Shown here piece by piece: positions 39,954-49,662 of a stretch of 60,257 nucleotides of DNA (positions are counted from its first letter, which is position 1; the number at the start of each line of letters is the position of its first letter). A program made the translations under genes and the position numbers. Source of the DNA: a virus (lineage: Duplodnaviria > Caudoviricetes); the IMG/VR virus record IMGVR_UViG_3300036715_004341, positions 1-60,257 of that record; one strand, written 5' to 3'. The notes beneath the pieces were generated by a model. It was not told the origin of the DNA. It did not search any database and saw only the letters and a list, made by a program, of their open reading frames with translations.

Positions 39954-39991
39954 CCGGGGGGCGGTTACCTACTTCTCTCCCGGACAGGGGT

Positions 39992-40264
39992 ATGCGCTGC
40001 CTGCGGTGCGGAGGTCCCACAGATGCTCAGGACTGGACCCTGCTCCTCCATGGTTGCCCGGGCTGCGCTCCCTCCTTCTTGCCGCCGGCGCCCTTCATGA
40101 CGCAGATGGGCGAGGGGAGGATGAGGCGAGCCGGCCGCTGGGCCATCTTCCCGCACGAGTGGTTTTATCGCCATGACCCCCGCTACAACCCCCAGCTCCG
40201 TCGGGGCTGGAGGAAGTTCGGTGCGGTTCCCAGCCCCCCCACCGCGCTACCCCTCTGGTGGTAG
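39992..40264 (+). CDS. small Zn-ribbon protein
   Basis: MRCLRCG...GCPGC. Confidence 0.55.
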   Translation: MRCLRCGGPTDAQDWTLLLHGCPGCAPSFLPPAPFMTQMGEGRMRRAGRWAIFPHEWFYRHDPRYNPQLRRGWRKFGAVPSPPTALPLWW

Positions 40265-40283
40265 CCAGGAAAGGAGTCGTGCC

Positions 40284-40604
40284 ATGCCCGATGGAGCCCC
40301 CTACGTGTTCGAGGCCACCCGCGCAACCTGGGTCATCACCGCCGCCGATGAGGGCGTCCTGCAAGGGATGTCCCGTCGCTTCCGCGATGATCCCCACGTC
40401 GACAAGGTCGAGCGCCTCCACCGCGGCCCTGACCTCTTCCTCCGGGTGACCTTCAAGAACGGCTACGGGGCGCCCCTCCGCCCCGAGCTGGGCGTGCTCC
40501 GGCACGCGGGCGGGGAACTCGTCGTCGAGCCCAGCCAGGCAGGGCGCAAGGGCAGGAAGGGTGGTATCCCCCGGACGGCCTACGACCTCATCGGGATGGA
40601 CTGA
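40284..40604 (+). CDS. hypothetical protein with C-terminal tag TAYDLIGMD
   Basis: AGGAG upstream of ATG. Confidence 0.7.
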   Translation: MPDGAPYVFEATRATWVITAADEGVLQGMSRRFRDDPHVDKVERLHRGPDLFLRVTFKNGYGAPLRPELGVLRHAGGELVVEPSQAGRKGRKGGIPRTAYDLIGMD

Positions 40605-40626
40605 CAAGGACGCGCCGAGGACCCCC

Positions 40627-40911
40627 ATGCCCTCTCCCCGCCTTTTCATCCGCCACCTCCCCTTCACCACCGCCGCCGATCGCGCACGGGTCATGCACAT
40701 CTACGCCCTGGCCGAGCTGGACCCGAGCGTGGACGAGGTCCGCATGGCAGAGAGCGCCCAAACCCTCCTGGCGACGTTCGAGGTCCGGCCGCATCAGGGC
40801 GCTGTCTGGCCGGCGCACCCCGACCTGGTGGCCCTCGTCGCCCCCTTGACAAACCCGGACGCCTGGCCTGCCGAACCCGAGGGGCCCACGGTCTACGAAA
40901 TGCTCCTCTGA
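40627..40911 (+). CDS. hypothetical protein with C-terminal tag TVYEMLL
   Basis: MPSPRLFIRHLPF...EPEGPTVYEMLL*. Confidence 0.7.
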   Translation: MPSPRLFIRHLPFTTAADRARVMHIYALAELDPSVDEVRMAESAQTLLATFEVRPHQGAVWPAHPDLVALVAPLTNPDAWPAEPEGPTVYEMLL

Positions 40912-40935
40912 CCCTCCCGGGCCATCCGGACTCTC

Positions 40936-40972
40936 GGCGCTGCGCAGACTCCCCCTGTGCAGCGCCTTTTTT
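40936..40972 (+). terminator. intrinsic terminator
   Basis: ggcgctgcgcag / ctgtgcagcgcc stem followed by TTTTTT. Confidence 0.85.
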
Positions 40973-41047
40973 GTTTCCCGCGCGCCCGGTGTAGAGAGAG
41001 GGGGTCGAGGCGACAATGGCGCCCGGCACCACGAAAGGTTGCAGAGC

Positions 41048-41959
41048 ATGGACACGCAGTCGCAGAACACGCAAGAGACCCAGGGTGAGACCGTTACGCA
41101 GGGGGAGACCCGCCAGGGAGAGCCGGCCCAGGGGCGGCTCGTGGGGGGTGAAACCCTCGTGACCCGCATCTTCCGGGAGCTGTCGATCCGACACCTCGCG
41201 GAGTCGGGCCGGCTGGAGAAGATGCGGGAGGAGTTCGTCGCGCTCGTCGAGGGTCACCCCTCCGTCCGGCGTACCGATCGGGCCTACGCCGTCCGGTACG
41301 CCGACGACATGACCACGGCGCTCCTGTCGCTCGGGATCAGCTCGACCGTCCCGGCCCCCGTGGCCCCGGTCCCCGTGCCCACCACGCCCGTGGCCCCCGT
41401 GGCCGCGGTCACCGCGGAGAGCGACGAGATCAACCTCGACGACCTCCTGTCGGGGTACATGGTGGCCGAAGGCCATGAGACGGACGACTTCCTCAGCACG
41501 ATCACCTCCGGGCCGCAGAACCCGCTCGACGGGATCGTCGCCCCGGGGGGGCCCCTTCACGCGGCGCTCGAGGAGTTCCGCACGTCGGCCAAGAAGGAGC
41601 ACCCCTTCCTCCGGGTGTTCCCCTTCGGGGGGGCGCGGTACGTCGCCCTCGGGACCATCATGGGCGTCATCCCCGACGGCGCCCACGCCGGCAAGCAGAT
41701 GTCCGCCCACATGACGGTGGTCCCCCACCGCCGCTTCCGGGACGTGCCCGAGGACATCGCCCCGACGCTCGGGGGGCGGCAGATCAGCGTCTCCCCGCCC
41801 GCGCAGGACTCCCTCCGCAAGTTCGTGTTCCTGATCCGCCACAAGCCGGGCCTCAAGATCCGCTGGTGGCTCCGTGTCGGGGACCGTGACGAGCCGAAGG
41901 GCGTCCGGTTCGTCGAGCTGACCGACGACGCGAAGGGCTGGCGGCCGAGCGGGCGCTGA
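41048..41959 (+). CDS. hypothetical protein
   Basis: ~300-aa ORF; N-terminal TQGE repeats. Confidence 0.7.
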   Translation: MDTQSQNTQETQGETVTQGETRQGEPAQGRLVGGETLVTRIFRELSIRHLAESGRLEKMREEFVALVEGHPSVRRTDRAYAVRYADDMTTALLSLGISSTVPAPVAPVPVPTTPVAPVAAVTAESDEINLDDLLSGYMVAEGHETDDFLSTITSGPQNPLDGIVAPGGPLHAALEEFRTSAKKEHPFLRVFPFGGARYVALGTIMGVIPDGAHAGKQMSAHMTVVPHRRFRDVPEDIAPTLGGRQISVSPPAQDSLRKFVFLIRHKPGLKIRWWLRVGDRDEPKGVRFVELTDDAKGWRPSGR

Positions 41960-41986
41960 ACTCCCGGCCTCACCCCCCGGGTCGCA

Positions 41987-42036
41987 CAAGAGGCCCGTGT
42001 CCTTGACCCCTGACGGGCCGGGACACGGGCCTCTTG
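41987..42036. terminator. 16-bp perfect inverted repeat between convergent genes
   Basis: caagaggcccgtgtcc ... ggacacgggcctcttg. Confidence 0.65.
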
Positions 42037-42052
42037 CCTTTGGTTCGCGCCC

Positions 42053-42349
42053 TCAGCGGGGCGTGAGCTTGGTGCAGAGAATGGCGCCCAGGTCGAAGTC
42101 GAGGAAGGGCTCCTTCGGGCTCATCGCCCGGGCCGTCGGGTCCATCGTCCGCTGGTAGGCCGTGTAGGAGGCCGCGAGGGCCTCTCGCTCCTCGGGGGAG
42201 AAGATCCGCTTGCCCTTCGCGTCCCGGCATTCCTTGAGGTCGTAGTCGTTGCAGATCTTCGACCCAAGTTCGATCTCGTAGCCGTGGAGCATGACGAGGA
42301 GGAGCTTGTGCTCGGCCGGGGACAGCGTGCGGGTGCCCTCCTCGCTCAC
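42053..42349 (-). CDS. hypothetical protein
   Basis: GTG coupled start; ELGSKICNDYDL. Confidence 0.6.
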   Translation of the reverse strand: MSEEGTRTLSPAEHKLLLVMLHGYEIELGSKICNDYDLKECRDAKGKRIFSPEEREALAASYTAYQRTMDPTARAMSPKEPFLDFDLGAILCTKLTPR

Positions 42350-42552
42350 GCCCGAGCGCTCCACTTCTTCGGACGGGCCTCGTCGAAGTCCGCGAGGGCC
42401 AGCTCGGCCTCGGCCCGGCTGGGGCGGTCCTTGATCCGCAGGTGGAGCGCCAGCCCCTCGGCCCGCCACTTGGACATCGCCGCCTCCGGAGTCAGACCCG
42501 GGAACGACTTGGACCACTCCTGGAAGCTCATCGCGAACGAAAACGGGTTCAT
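42346..42552 (-). CDS. hypothetical protein
   Basis: 68 aa; GAGGAG upstream. Confidence 0.6.
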   Translation of the reverse strand: MNPFSFAMSFQEWSKSFPGLTPEAAMSKWRAEGLALHLRIKDRPSRAEAELALADFDEARPKKWSARA

Positions 42553-42721
42553 GTTCTGATCTCCTCTACAGCCTCACGCGGGCCGGGTACACAACGCATT
42601 GATCCAGAAGGGCACCCCCTTGTGGTCGGTCAGGGTCATCGTCCGGGGGACGAGGCCCACAAACTCACGTTTTGGTCCCGGGTCTTGCCCGCGAAGTCCC
42701 TCCCGTGCTCGTCCCAGGTGC

Positions 42722-42961
42722 TCACCCCTTCACCTTCATGGACGCCAGGATGTCCTGGGCCGTCATGGCCATGTCATCGAAGGGGATCGGTTCCCCCTTC
42801 CCGAGCGGGGGCAGGTCACACGTCAACCGCGTCTTGTTGACGAGGTCCAGGACTTCCTGCTGGACCTCGTCCACGGCGCTGATTTTCACATTCCCCGTCA
42901 CCCTGTTCAGGCGGGCCTGGCGGATCACGATCTCCAGAATCATCTTGGTCGCGGTTCTCAT
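42722..42961 (-). CDS. hypothetical protein
   Basis: 79 aa, downstream of the endolysin. Confidence 0.6.
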   Translation of the reverse strand: MRTATKMILEIVIRQARLNRVTGNVKISAVDEVQQEVLDLVNKTRLTCDLPPLGKGEPIPFDDMAMTAQDILASMKVKG

Positions 42962-42970
42962 GCCCCCGGA

Positions 42971-43726
42971 TTACAACAGCTCCCGTACCTCGAAGTGCAT
43001 CCCGTCGGGCCGGCCGGGGAAGTTCCCGCCCCAGAAGAAACCATGCTCATGGGCGAGGGGCACGAGGTCCCGACAGGACCCCTTCGCCCCGCTCGCCGCC
43101 GGGATCTTGCCGAGCCCGTTCCACCCGGCATTGATGTCGAAGGCGGTGCCCCAGGCGTGGTTGCTCAGGTTGGTACGGCTCCCCCGGACGAAGCGAGGCG
43201 CCCAGCTCCCCGCCCACGAGAGCACGAGGGGGAGCAGGCCCGCCTCCTCCCACGCGGCCCACAGGGCCTGGAGCTGAGGGGCCGCCTTCCGGTGGAAGGG
43301 GACCTTGTGGCTCCCCGGGGCCCCAAGGACGCCCGCAAGCTGCGGCAGGTCCACCGTCACGATGTTCTGCGAAGGCCAGCCGTCGGTGATCGTGATGGCC
43401 TCCGTAACGGTGGCCGTCGGCGACGGGCGGTAGGCGAAGGTCCCGAAGAGCTGCGCCCGGTCCGCCGCGGACAGGGGCCCCGGGTGGTCGTCGGCAGGCG
43501 GCCCCGGGATCGCCATGCCTCGGGAAACCGCTTCGGCGATCGTCTTGGGACCTGCGATTCCGTCGGCCCCGAGGCCGGCGTACCGCTGGAAATCCACGGT
43601 CGCCTGGCGGGTCTCGGCGTCGAACACGCCCGTCACTTCCCCGTGGTAGAGGCCCTCCCCGAGCAGGAAGGTTTGCCACGTCCGAACCTCGGGCCCCGTG
43701 CTTCCGGTTTGCATCGTCATCGTCAT
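42971..43726 (-). CDS. endolysin-like: peptidoglycan-binding domain plus M15 family peptidase
   Basis: GSTGPEVRTWQ..L...TGVFDAETRQATVDFQ...GL.ADGIAGPKT; R....SRTNLSNHAWGTAFDIN; WGGNF...DGMHFE. Confidence 0.9.
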   Translation of the reverse strand: MTMTMQTGSTGPEVRTWQTFLLGEGLYHGEVTGVFDAETRQATVDFQRYAGLGADGIAGPKTIAEAVSRGMAIPGPPADDHPGPLSAADRAQLFGTFAYRPSPTATVTEAITITDGWPSQNIVTVDLPQLAGVLGAPGSHKVPFHRKAAPQLQALWAAWEEAGLLPLVLSWAGSWAPRFVRGSRTNLSNHAWGTAFDINAGWNGLGKIPAASGAKGSCRDLVPLAHEHGFFWGGNFPGRPDGMHFEVRELL

Positions 43727-43769
43727 TCCTTCCTTGACAGTACCACGGGCGGTGTAGCTCTTAGGCGCA

Positions 43770-44480
43770 ATGGACACCATCGACGCCGCAAACGACGAGA
43801 CAAGCTATCTCTCCAAGGTCTACGGGCTGCTCACCCTGGGCCTGGGGATCACCATGACCACCGCGTACCTCGCGGTCACCCGGGGGGCGACCGTTCCGGT
43901 CGAAACGAAGCACGGGCCCATGCTCGTGACGCCGGCCGTGTCCCTCGCCGTCGAGCACCCGCTCCTGCTGTCCCTGATCTTTCTGGCCCTGGCCGTGGTC
44001 GCGGCCGTGGTCCGCAAGGTCAAGGGCATCGGCTTCCTCGTCTTCGCGGTCTTCACCGTGGTGTCGGGGCTGCTGATCGGGCCGGCCATCGCCTACGCCG
44101 AGTTCAAGGCGTCGCAGGGGCTGGGCCTCTCCCCGCACCCGGTCCGGGACGCGGGGCTCCTCATCACGGCCGCCTTCGTCGGCCTCTCGGCCTACACGCT
44201 GATGAGCAAGCGGGACTTCTCGTACATGGGAGGCTTCCTCTTCTCGGGGCTCATCGTCCTCATCGGGGCAGGCATCCTCAACCTCTTCCTCGGATCTTCG
44301 GTCCTCGGCGTGGCGGCGGCGGGGGTCGGGGTCATCCTCTTCCTCGGCTACATCCTCCACGACACGTCGAACATCCTCCGGGGCAACCGGGATGACGCGG
44401 TCGGCGACGCCCTGAACCTCTACCTGGACGTCCTCAACATCTTCCTCGACATCTTGCGCCTCTTCGGCAGCAAGGACTGA
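43770..44480 (+). CDS. yccA: Bax inhibitor-1/YccA family membrane protein
   Basis: Seven hydrophobic helices; YLSKVYGLL, KRDFSYMGGFLF.GLI, GYILHDTSNI, ALNLYLDVLNIFL.ILRLFG. Confidence 0.88.
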   Translation: MDTIDAANDETSYLSKVYGLLTLGLGITMTTAYLAVTRGATVPVETKHGPMLVTPAVSLAVEHPLLLSLIFLALAVVAAVVRKVKGIGFLVFAVFTVVSGLLIGPAIAYAEFKASQGLGLSPHPVRDAGLLITAAFVGLSAYTLMSKRDFSYMGGFLFSGLIVLIGAGILNLFLGSSVLGVAAAGVGVILFLGYILHDTSNILRGNRDDAVGDALNLYLDVLNIFLDILRLFGSKD

Positions 44481-44512
44481 GGGAGACCCCCGGGTTGCCC
44501 CGAGGGGGGATG

Positions 44513-44929
44513 CTACCCGAGGATGATGTCGTAGGCGCTCTTCGGGGCGCCTGGTTCCGTTTCCTCCTCGACGCGGACGCTGAGGGGGCGCCAGGGGGAC
44601 TGGGGGCGGAGGGTGCGCCAGTCGGGGAAGGTGACCCGCTCGTAGTCGAGCCCCTCGGTCGGCCAGTAGACGTAGTCGGCGCGGGCGATGTCTCCGGGGT
44701 CGAGGTCCTGGGCCGCGTGGAACAAGACCCAGGCGATCTTGCCGACCTTGACGAAGCAGGGGTTGTTGACGCCCGGCTTCGTGGTCCCGCCCTTGTCCCC
44801 CACGGCCCGGACATACCGGGCCGCCATCTTCTCGGCCCTCTTCTTGTCGGCCGCCAGGAAGATCACGCACTTCCCCTCGACCACGACGTCGCGGAGTAGC
44901 TCTTCGAGGAGTCCGGGTCCGGCTCGCAT
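44513..44929 (-). CDS. hypothetical protein with C-terminal tag SAYDIILG
   Basis: 138 aa. Confidence 0.7.
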   Translation of the reverse strand: MRAGPGLLEELLRDVVVEGKCVIFLAADKKRAEKMAARYVRAVGDKGGTTKPGVNNPCFVKVGKIAWVLFHAAQDLDPGDIARADYVYWPTEGLDYERVTFPDWRTLRPQSPWRPLSVRVEEETEPGAPKSAYDIILG

Positions 44930-44934
44930 GAGAC

Positions 44935-45357
44935 TCAGGCCCGCTTGTCCCCGTGGCGGATCGGGCGTGTCGCGTTATAGAGCATCTTGGTCCGCACGGC
45001 GTGGGCGACGTCTACCCCGAACTCGTGGGCCGTGTCGAAGGCGCGGATGATGATGTCGGCGATCTCCTCCTCGGCGCAGGTGAGGGGCGCGAGACCCTTC
45101 GACGCCATCTTGTCGGCCTTGTCGCAGGGGTGGTTCAGGGTCCCCGCCCGGGCCGCCTCCCACATCTCGCTCACCTCCCCGTGCTCGTTGGCCGTGTAGA
45201 CGGCCATACGGATGTGGGCACACTCCTCCGAGGCCCATAGCTCGGGGCTGATCCCGGGGGGCGGCTCCTTGAAGCCCTTGCGCGCCGCATTCTTGGCGAT
45301 CTCGTCGCGTAGATCGTTCAGGATGCTGAGGTCGGCGGTTTTGATATCGATCTCCAT
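44935..45357 (-). CDS. MazG-like nucleotide pyrophosphohydrolase
   Basis: HGEVSEMWEA, EEEIADIIIRAFD, KMLYNATRPIRHG. Confidence 0.85.
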   Translation of the reverse strand: MEIDIKTADLSILNDLRDEIAKNAARKGFKEPPPGISPELWASEECAHIRMAVYTANEHGEVSEMWEAARAGTLNHPCDKADKMASKGLAPLTCAEEEIADIIIRAFDTAHEFGVDVAHAVRTKMLYNATRPIRHGDKRA

Positions 45358-45382
45358 AATCCCCCACTTACACCAAGAGACC

Positions 45383-45736
45383 ATGAGTCACACCCCCTGT
45401 GCCCTCTGCGGCGGCGATCACAATTTCCCCTTCGACAAGGACGTCATTGCCTTCTTCATGGAAATCGCCGAGGAGAAGGACCGGGCCGCCCGGATGGCCA
45501 AGGTACAGAACCTCGGGGAGATCTTCGAGGCCATGATCGACGCCGATGACGCTGGCTGGCCCGAGGATGTCCACCGGATTATCGAGCAGCTTGCCGAAGC
45601 TCGCCTCGCCGTCCACCAGCTCGAGAGCCAGCTCGGGCGCACGGCCATGCGGGCCCTGGCCGATTGCATCGAGGACCACGCCGAGCAGTTCCCCACCCCG
45701 AAGGACAAGAAGCCCAAGGCCCCCGCGGTCAACTGA
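45383..45736 (+). CDS. hypothetical protein
   Basis: MSHTPCALCGGDH... Confidence 0.65.
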   Translation: MSHTPCALCGGDHNFPFDKDVIAFFMEIAEEKDRAARMAKVQNLGEIFEAMIDADDAGWPEDVHRIIEQLAEARLAVHQLESQLGRTAMRALADCIEDHAEQFPTPKDKKPKAPAVN

Positions 45737-46418
45737 ACGGGTCGTCGTCCGAGGACCCCTGGCTCGCGTTCAGGTGGTCGTAGGCGGTCTTGGCGGACAG
45801 GGGGGTGGGGGTCGGCCGGGGGGACGGGCAGACGCGGGCTGGGGGCCCGTCTCCGTGCGGATCGTGGTCCGGGCCAGCTCTCGGATCTCGGCCGTGGTGC
45901 GAACCACCTCGTAGTCGTTGCAGAGGGTACGGGGGGCGAAGGGCACCCGCACCGGTGGACGGCCCACCCGGAAGCGGGCGCGGTCACCGCCCACGGGCCC
46001 GCGGGGCATGTCGACGTCCCCCATGTCGAACTCCACCGCGAAGCCGCGCGGGGCCCTGGCCCCCTCGCCGTCCAGGTCGAAGTCGAAGGAGGCCCTGTCC
46101 GCCTGCTGGGGACGTCCCCGGTCGATGCCTGGGGTGGAGGTCGGGCGGAGGGCCCCGGACCGCAGGGCCCTCCGCCCGCATCTCCTGGGCGCCGGCCGGC
46201 GAGAGGAAGAGGCCCGGTTCGAGGTCCGGTGTCCCCTTGCGGGCCTGGGGGACCTGGGAGGCTGTGCGGATGCTGCCCGAGGCTACCTTGGTCGGCAGGG
46301 CAGGGCTCTCGGCCATGAGGCGGTAGTAGGGCCCGTCAGGGCACGCGCACCCCCCTTGGCCCGCTTCGCGGTAGATGACCTTGTGGCACGAGCCACAGGT
46401 GGCCAGGGGGGTCGCCAT
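45729..46418 (-). CDS. hypothetical protein, two frameshifts; TAYDHLN tag near the C-terminus
   Basis: MATPLATCGSC...CAC; FDFDLDG...FDMGDVD; final frame LSAKTAYDHLNASQGSSDDDPFS*. Confidence 0.5.
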
Positions 46419-46479
46419 ACCTCGTACTTTAGAGGGAAGATGCTCGGGGGCAACGGCACGTCCTGGTGTAAGAGGCCCC

Positions 46480-46812
46480 ATGCCCTTGCCCCGTCGTCGT
46501 GGTGGTCGGTATCGCAACGTCCACGAGGAGCCCCTCCCCCCCTGTGCAAGCGACAAATGGCGGGAGTGGTCTGCCCCCCTGCTCGGCTTCCTATCCGTCC
46601 CCCGGACCTGGGCCGAGATCAATGCCTGGAAGCAGACCAGCGGGCACGATGCCTCGATGCTCCGCAACTGCCTCGCCTGGCTGGAGACCATGAAGCTCGT
46701 CCAGGACATGACCGAGGAGGGCGAGGTCCGCTGGGTCGGGCGGGAGGCCCTGGCGGATCACCTGCTCGCCCGGATGGGGGCCACCCTGGCCGCCTCCCCC
46801 CCGGCGCCCTAG
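46480..46812 (+). CDS. hypothetical protein (possible winged helix)
   Basis: FLSVPRTWAEI...MLRNCLAWLE...LV; ATG 8 nt after GGTGTAA. Confidence 0.6.
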   Translation: MPLPRRRGGRYRNVHEEPLPPCASDKWREWSAPLLGFLSVPRTWAEINAWKQTSGHDASMLRNCLAWLETMKLVQDMTEEGEVRWVGREALADHLLARMGATLAASPPAP

Positions 46813-47840
46813 CGCTTGTACCCGGCCTCGCGCATGAGGGCCTCGTACTTGGACCCGAAGTCGAACATCTGATTCCAGAGGTCGAGCTTCCTCGCCAACC
46901 ACTTGTTCAGGGCCATGCCGAACTCGTGGTAGAGCCGTTCGAGCTTGTCGGCGATCCGCGTGAGGGAGTCGGAGTGCTGGGGGTCGTGGTCCTCGTGCTT
47001 GTCCGCGTCTTCGAGGACGTACTTCTTCGAGTCCATGAGCATCTTCGAGAAGGCCGAGGACTTGCTGAGCTTGTCGTAGACCTTGTTCCGCTGACCCAGG
47101 ACATCGTCCAGCTCGTCGCGCAGCTTGAGCATGGTCCGGGGGAGGCCGCAGTAGTCGTCGGCGATGTCCTCGGCGGCGGCGATCCACACGTCCCCGGCCT
47201 TCTCGATCCGCTTGATCGCCGGTTCCAGGAGCCCTTCGGTGCGGACGTGGCTGATCTCCGCCTCGGACTCGAAGGCCAGCGACTCCCGACGGATGGCCGA
47301 GTCCATGGCGGCGCAGGCCATGCTCCACTTGCCGATGGCCGCCTCGGACAAGCTGTTGCCCATCAGCCCGCGGAGGAAGTTCTGGCGCTCGTAGTCGACG
47401 GTCTGCGCCGCGTTGCTGAAGATCTGGTAGCTGCGGATGTCGACGTACTCCCCGGCGAGGTACTTCTTCCAGGTCGCGGCCTGCTTGCGCAGCTTCTTGA
47501 CCGCCAGCTCCCACATCATCTTCGTGGACGTCTTGCCGCAGGCCCCGCTCTTCCCGTCGTTCGTGTTCCAGAGGAGAGCGATCATCATCTCACCCGTGTC
47601 GTTGCTCGGGGGGAGGAAGGCTTGCCGCAGCATCTCCTTCCGGTCCGGGGGCAGGGCCGGGTCGTTCATGAGGGGCTTGATCTTCTTCGTGATGAACGCG
47701 ACGAGGTCGTTGTCCGGCTTGGCCAAGAGGGCCCTGTCGGTCTTGAGCGCCTTGTCGAGCGGGTCGGCCCCCTTGTCGTAGGTGAGGTCGTCCGCCCGCT
47801 TCCGCCAGCGGGCGACCAGGGCGTCGGTGATCCGGCTCAC
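46809..47840 (-). CDS. alpha-helical hypothetical protein
   Basis: GTG coupled start VSRITDALVARWRKRA; 343 aa. Confidence 0.75.
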   Translation of the reverse strand: MSRITDALVARWRKRADDLTYDKGADPLDKALKTDRALLAKPDNDLVAFITKKIKPLMNDPALPPDRKEMLRQAFLPPSNDTGEMMIALLWNTNDGKSGACGKTSTKMMWELAVKKLRKQAATWKKYLAGEYVDIRSYQIFSNAAQTVDYERQNFLRGLMGNSLSEAAIGKWSMACAAMDSAIRRESLAFESEAEISHVRTEGLLEPAIKRIEKAGDVWIAAAEDIADDYCGLPRTMLKLRDELDDVLGQRNKVYDKLSKSSAFSKMLMDSKKYVLEDADKHEDHDPQHSDSLTRIADKLERLYHEFGMALNKWLARKLDLWNQMFDFGSKYEALMREAGYKR

Positions 47841-49636
47841 TTCGACCCCCGGGGGATCGACCCGAGGACGGCCCGGATGGCGCCGAGGTCCCGCGCCGTC
47901 TTCCCGTCCCCGAACACCCGCTTCTCGAAGAGGACGCTCTGGTGGACGGGCAGCTTGTCCATGCAATAAAAGGCGAACATTTCGGCGAAGTTCTCCGCCG
48001 GGCTCGTCTTGGCGTAGTTGGTGACGAAACCCTTGTAGTTGGGGTCGGTCTCGGCCATGTTTTTGCGGGTCACGCCCTTCAAGGCGTAGAAGGTGTCGAA
48101 GCTCGTCGTGACCGATCCGGACCGGCCCCCCTCGGGCTTGAGGCGGACGACCTGATGGTACGGGTCGGCGCTCACGACCTCGAACACCTTGCCCTGGCTC
48201 TTGACGGTGTCCCCGGGGGCGGGGGTGGGCATCTTGCGCTCGGTCTTGTCCTGGTGGGCGATGGCCTGGTAGAGCGTGTCCGCCACCCCCCTCGGGAGCT
48301 GCTTGTTCTCCCACCGGTGCCCGAGTTCGTGGATCACCGTGTGGACCGTGTCCCACTCGGGCTTGCCGTTCGCCCGGATGTACAGGCCGTCGTCCTTCGT
48401 CTGGTAGAAGGCGAGGACATTCGATCGCATCAGGGTGTTGGTGATCTGGATGGGCCCGTAGCAGCAGGCCCCGAGGCCCGCGCGCTGGATGAGCTGGGTC
48501 GACTTCTGGACGATCTCCTCCATGTTGGCCATGACGTCGGGCTTGAAGCCCCCCGTGTTGACCAGCGTGAAGGGGCCGACCTTGATCTTCGTCCCGGCCC
48601 CGGTCCCCTCGTCCCCCGCCTCCCCGTGGGCCTTGCCGGCAGCCAGGGCCTTGACCGCCACGTCGAGCTGCGTCCCGATGGCCGTCGCCTGCCGGTCGTA
48701 CCAGGTGAGGTAGTCGAAGGTGGAGTTGCGCGTCGTCATCCGGGGCCGGCTGGGGCGCTTCGCCCAGACCCGCGCCGCTGCCTCGACCTTCTTGCGCAGG
48801 GCATCGGGGAGCGTCAGGGCCCCCAGTATCCCGAGAAAGAGGCGGTCCCCGGGCAACTGGAGCCCGATGTACTGGGGCCACTTCTCGTAGACGACCTTCG
48901 ACTGGCCATCCTGGGCCAGCCCGAGTTCCGCGGGCGTCGCCGATCCGGGTTCCTTGACCCTCTTCGTGGCCGCCTTGAGGGCCGCTTGCAGCATGTCCTG
49001 TTCCTTGAGGAATGCCTGCGCCCGGTCGTTGAACAGCTTGAAGTCAGCCGGCGGGTCGGCCGCCGCCTGGACCCGGCGCGCGAGCCGCTCGGACATCGTC
49101 GTCTTGAATGGGAAGGTCATGCTCACCCTGTCTTCTCCTTGGTCTCCGCCCCACACCACGATGTCCGTCACCTCCCACCGTACCCCCGGGTCGACGTTCT
49201 TGTTGGCGGCGCCGTCGTAATGGACGGCGGGGTCACCAGAGTAGGCCAGGGTGACGTGGGGCCGGTAGACGGGGAACTTCTCGTCGTAGGCCACCCCGTG
49301 CTCCTTCAAGGTGGCGCACACCCGCTCCCGGAGGCGGTGCAGGTCATCGCTCTCGACCTTCCCGATCACCGGCACCGTGCCCTTCTCCGGGTGCGGGGCG
49401 AAGGTCCCCACCTCCCGCACCGCCGCCTCGAAGGGCTCGGTCTCCCCGGCGACGTCGAGGAGGGCGCTCATGCACCCCTCCAGGGTCTCCGCCGGGACAT
49501 CGTCCCCGAGGTAGACCATCGTGACGTGATACCAGGCGGGGTCCTCGGGCTCGCCGAACTTCCCGACCTCGACCCGCTCCACCAACTGTTGTGCTGCCTG
49601 GCGAGGCACGCGAAGTCCGACGAAGGCCATTGCCAT
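47837..49636 (-). CDS. 2H phosphoesterase fused to zincin-like metallopeptidase
   Basis: YHVTMVY and PHVTLAY (two HxT motifs); IHELGH...YAKTSPAENFAEMF. Confidence 0.8.
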   Translation of the reverse strand: MAMAFVGLRVPRQAAQQLVERVEVGKFGEPEDPAWYHVTMVYLGDDVPAETLEGCMSALLDVAGETEPFEAAVREVGTFAPHPEKGTVPVIGKVESDDLHRLRERVCATLKEHGVAYDEKFPVYRPHVTLAYSGDPAVHYDGAANKNVDPGVRWEVTDIVVWGGDQGEDRVSMTFPFKTTMSERLARRVQAAADPPADFKLFNDRAQAFLKEQDMLQAALKAATKRVKEPGSATPAELGLAQDGQSKVVYEKWPQYIGLQLPGDRLFLGILGALTLPDALRKKVEAAARVWAKRPSRPRMTTRNSTFDYLTWYDRQATAIGTQLDVAVKALAAGKAHGEAGDEGTGAGTKIKVGPFTLVNTGGFKPDVMANMEEIVQKSTQLIQRAGLGACCYGPIQITNTLMRSNVLAFYQTKDDGLYIRANGKPEWDTVHTVIHELGHRWENKQLPRGVADTLYQAIAHQDKTERKMPTPAPGDTVKSQGKVFEVVSADPYHQVVRLKPEGGRSGSVTTSFDTFYALKGVTRKNMAETDPNYKGFVTNYAKTSPAENFAEMFAFYCMDKLPVHQSVLFEKRVFGDGKTARDLGAIRAVLGSIPRGSK

Positions 49637-49662
49637 AGCGCACTTTTAGGAAGATCCTTGGT

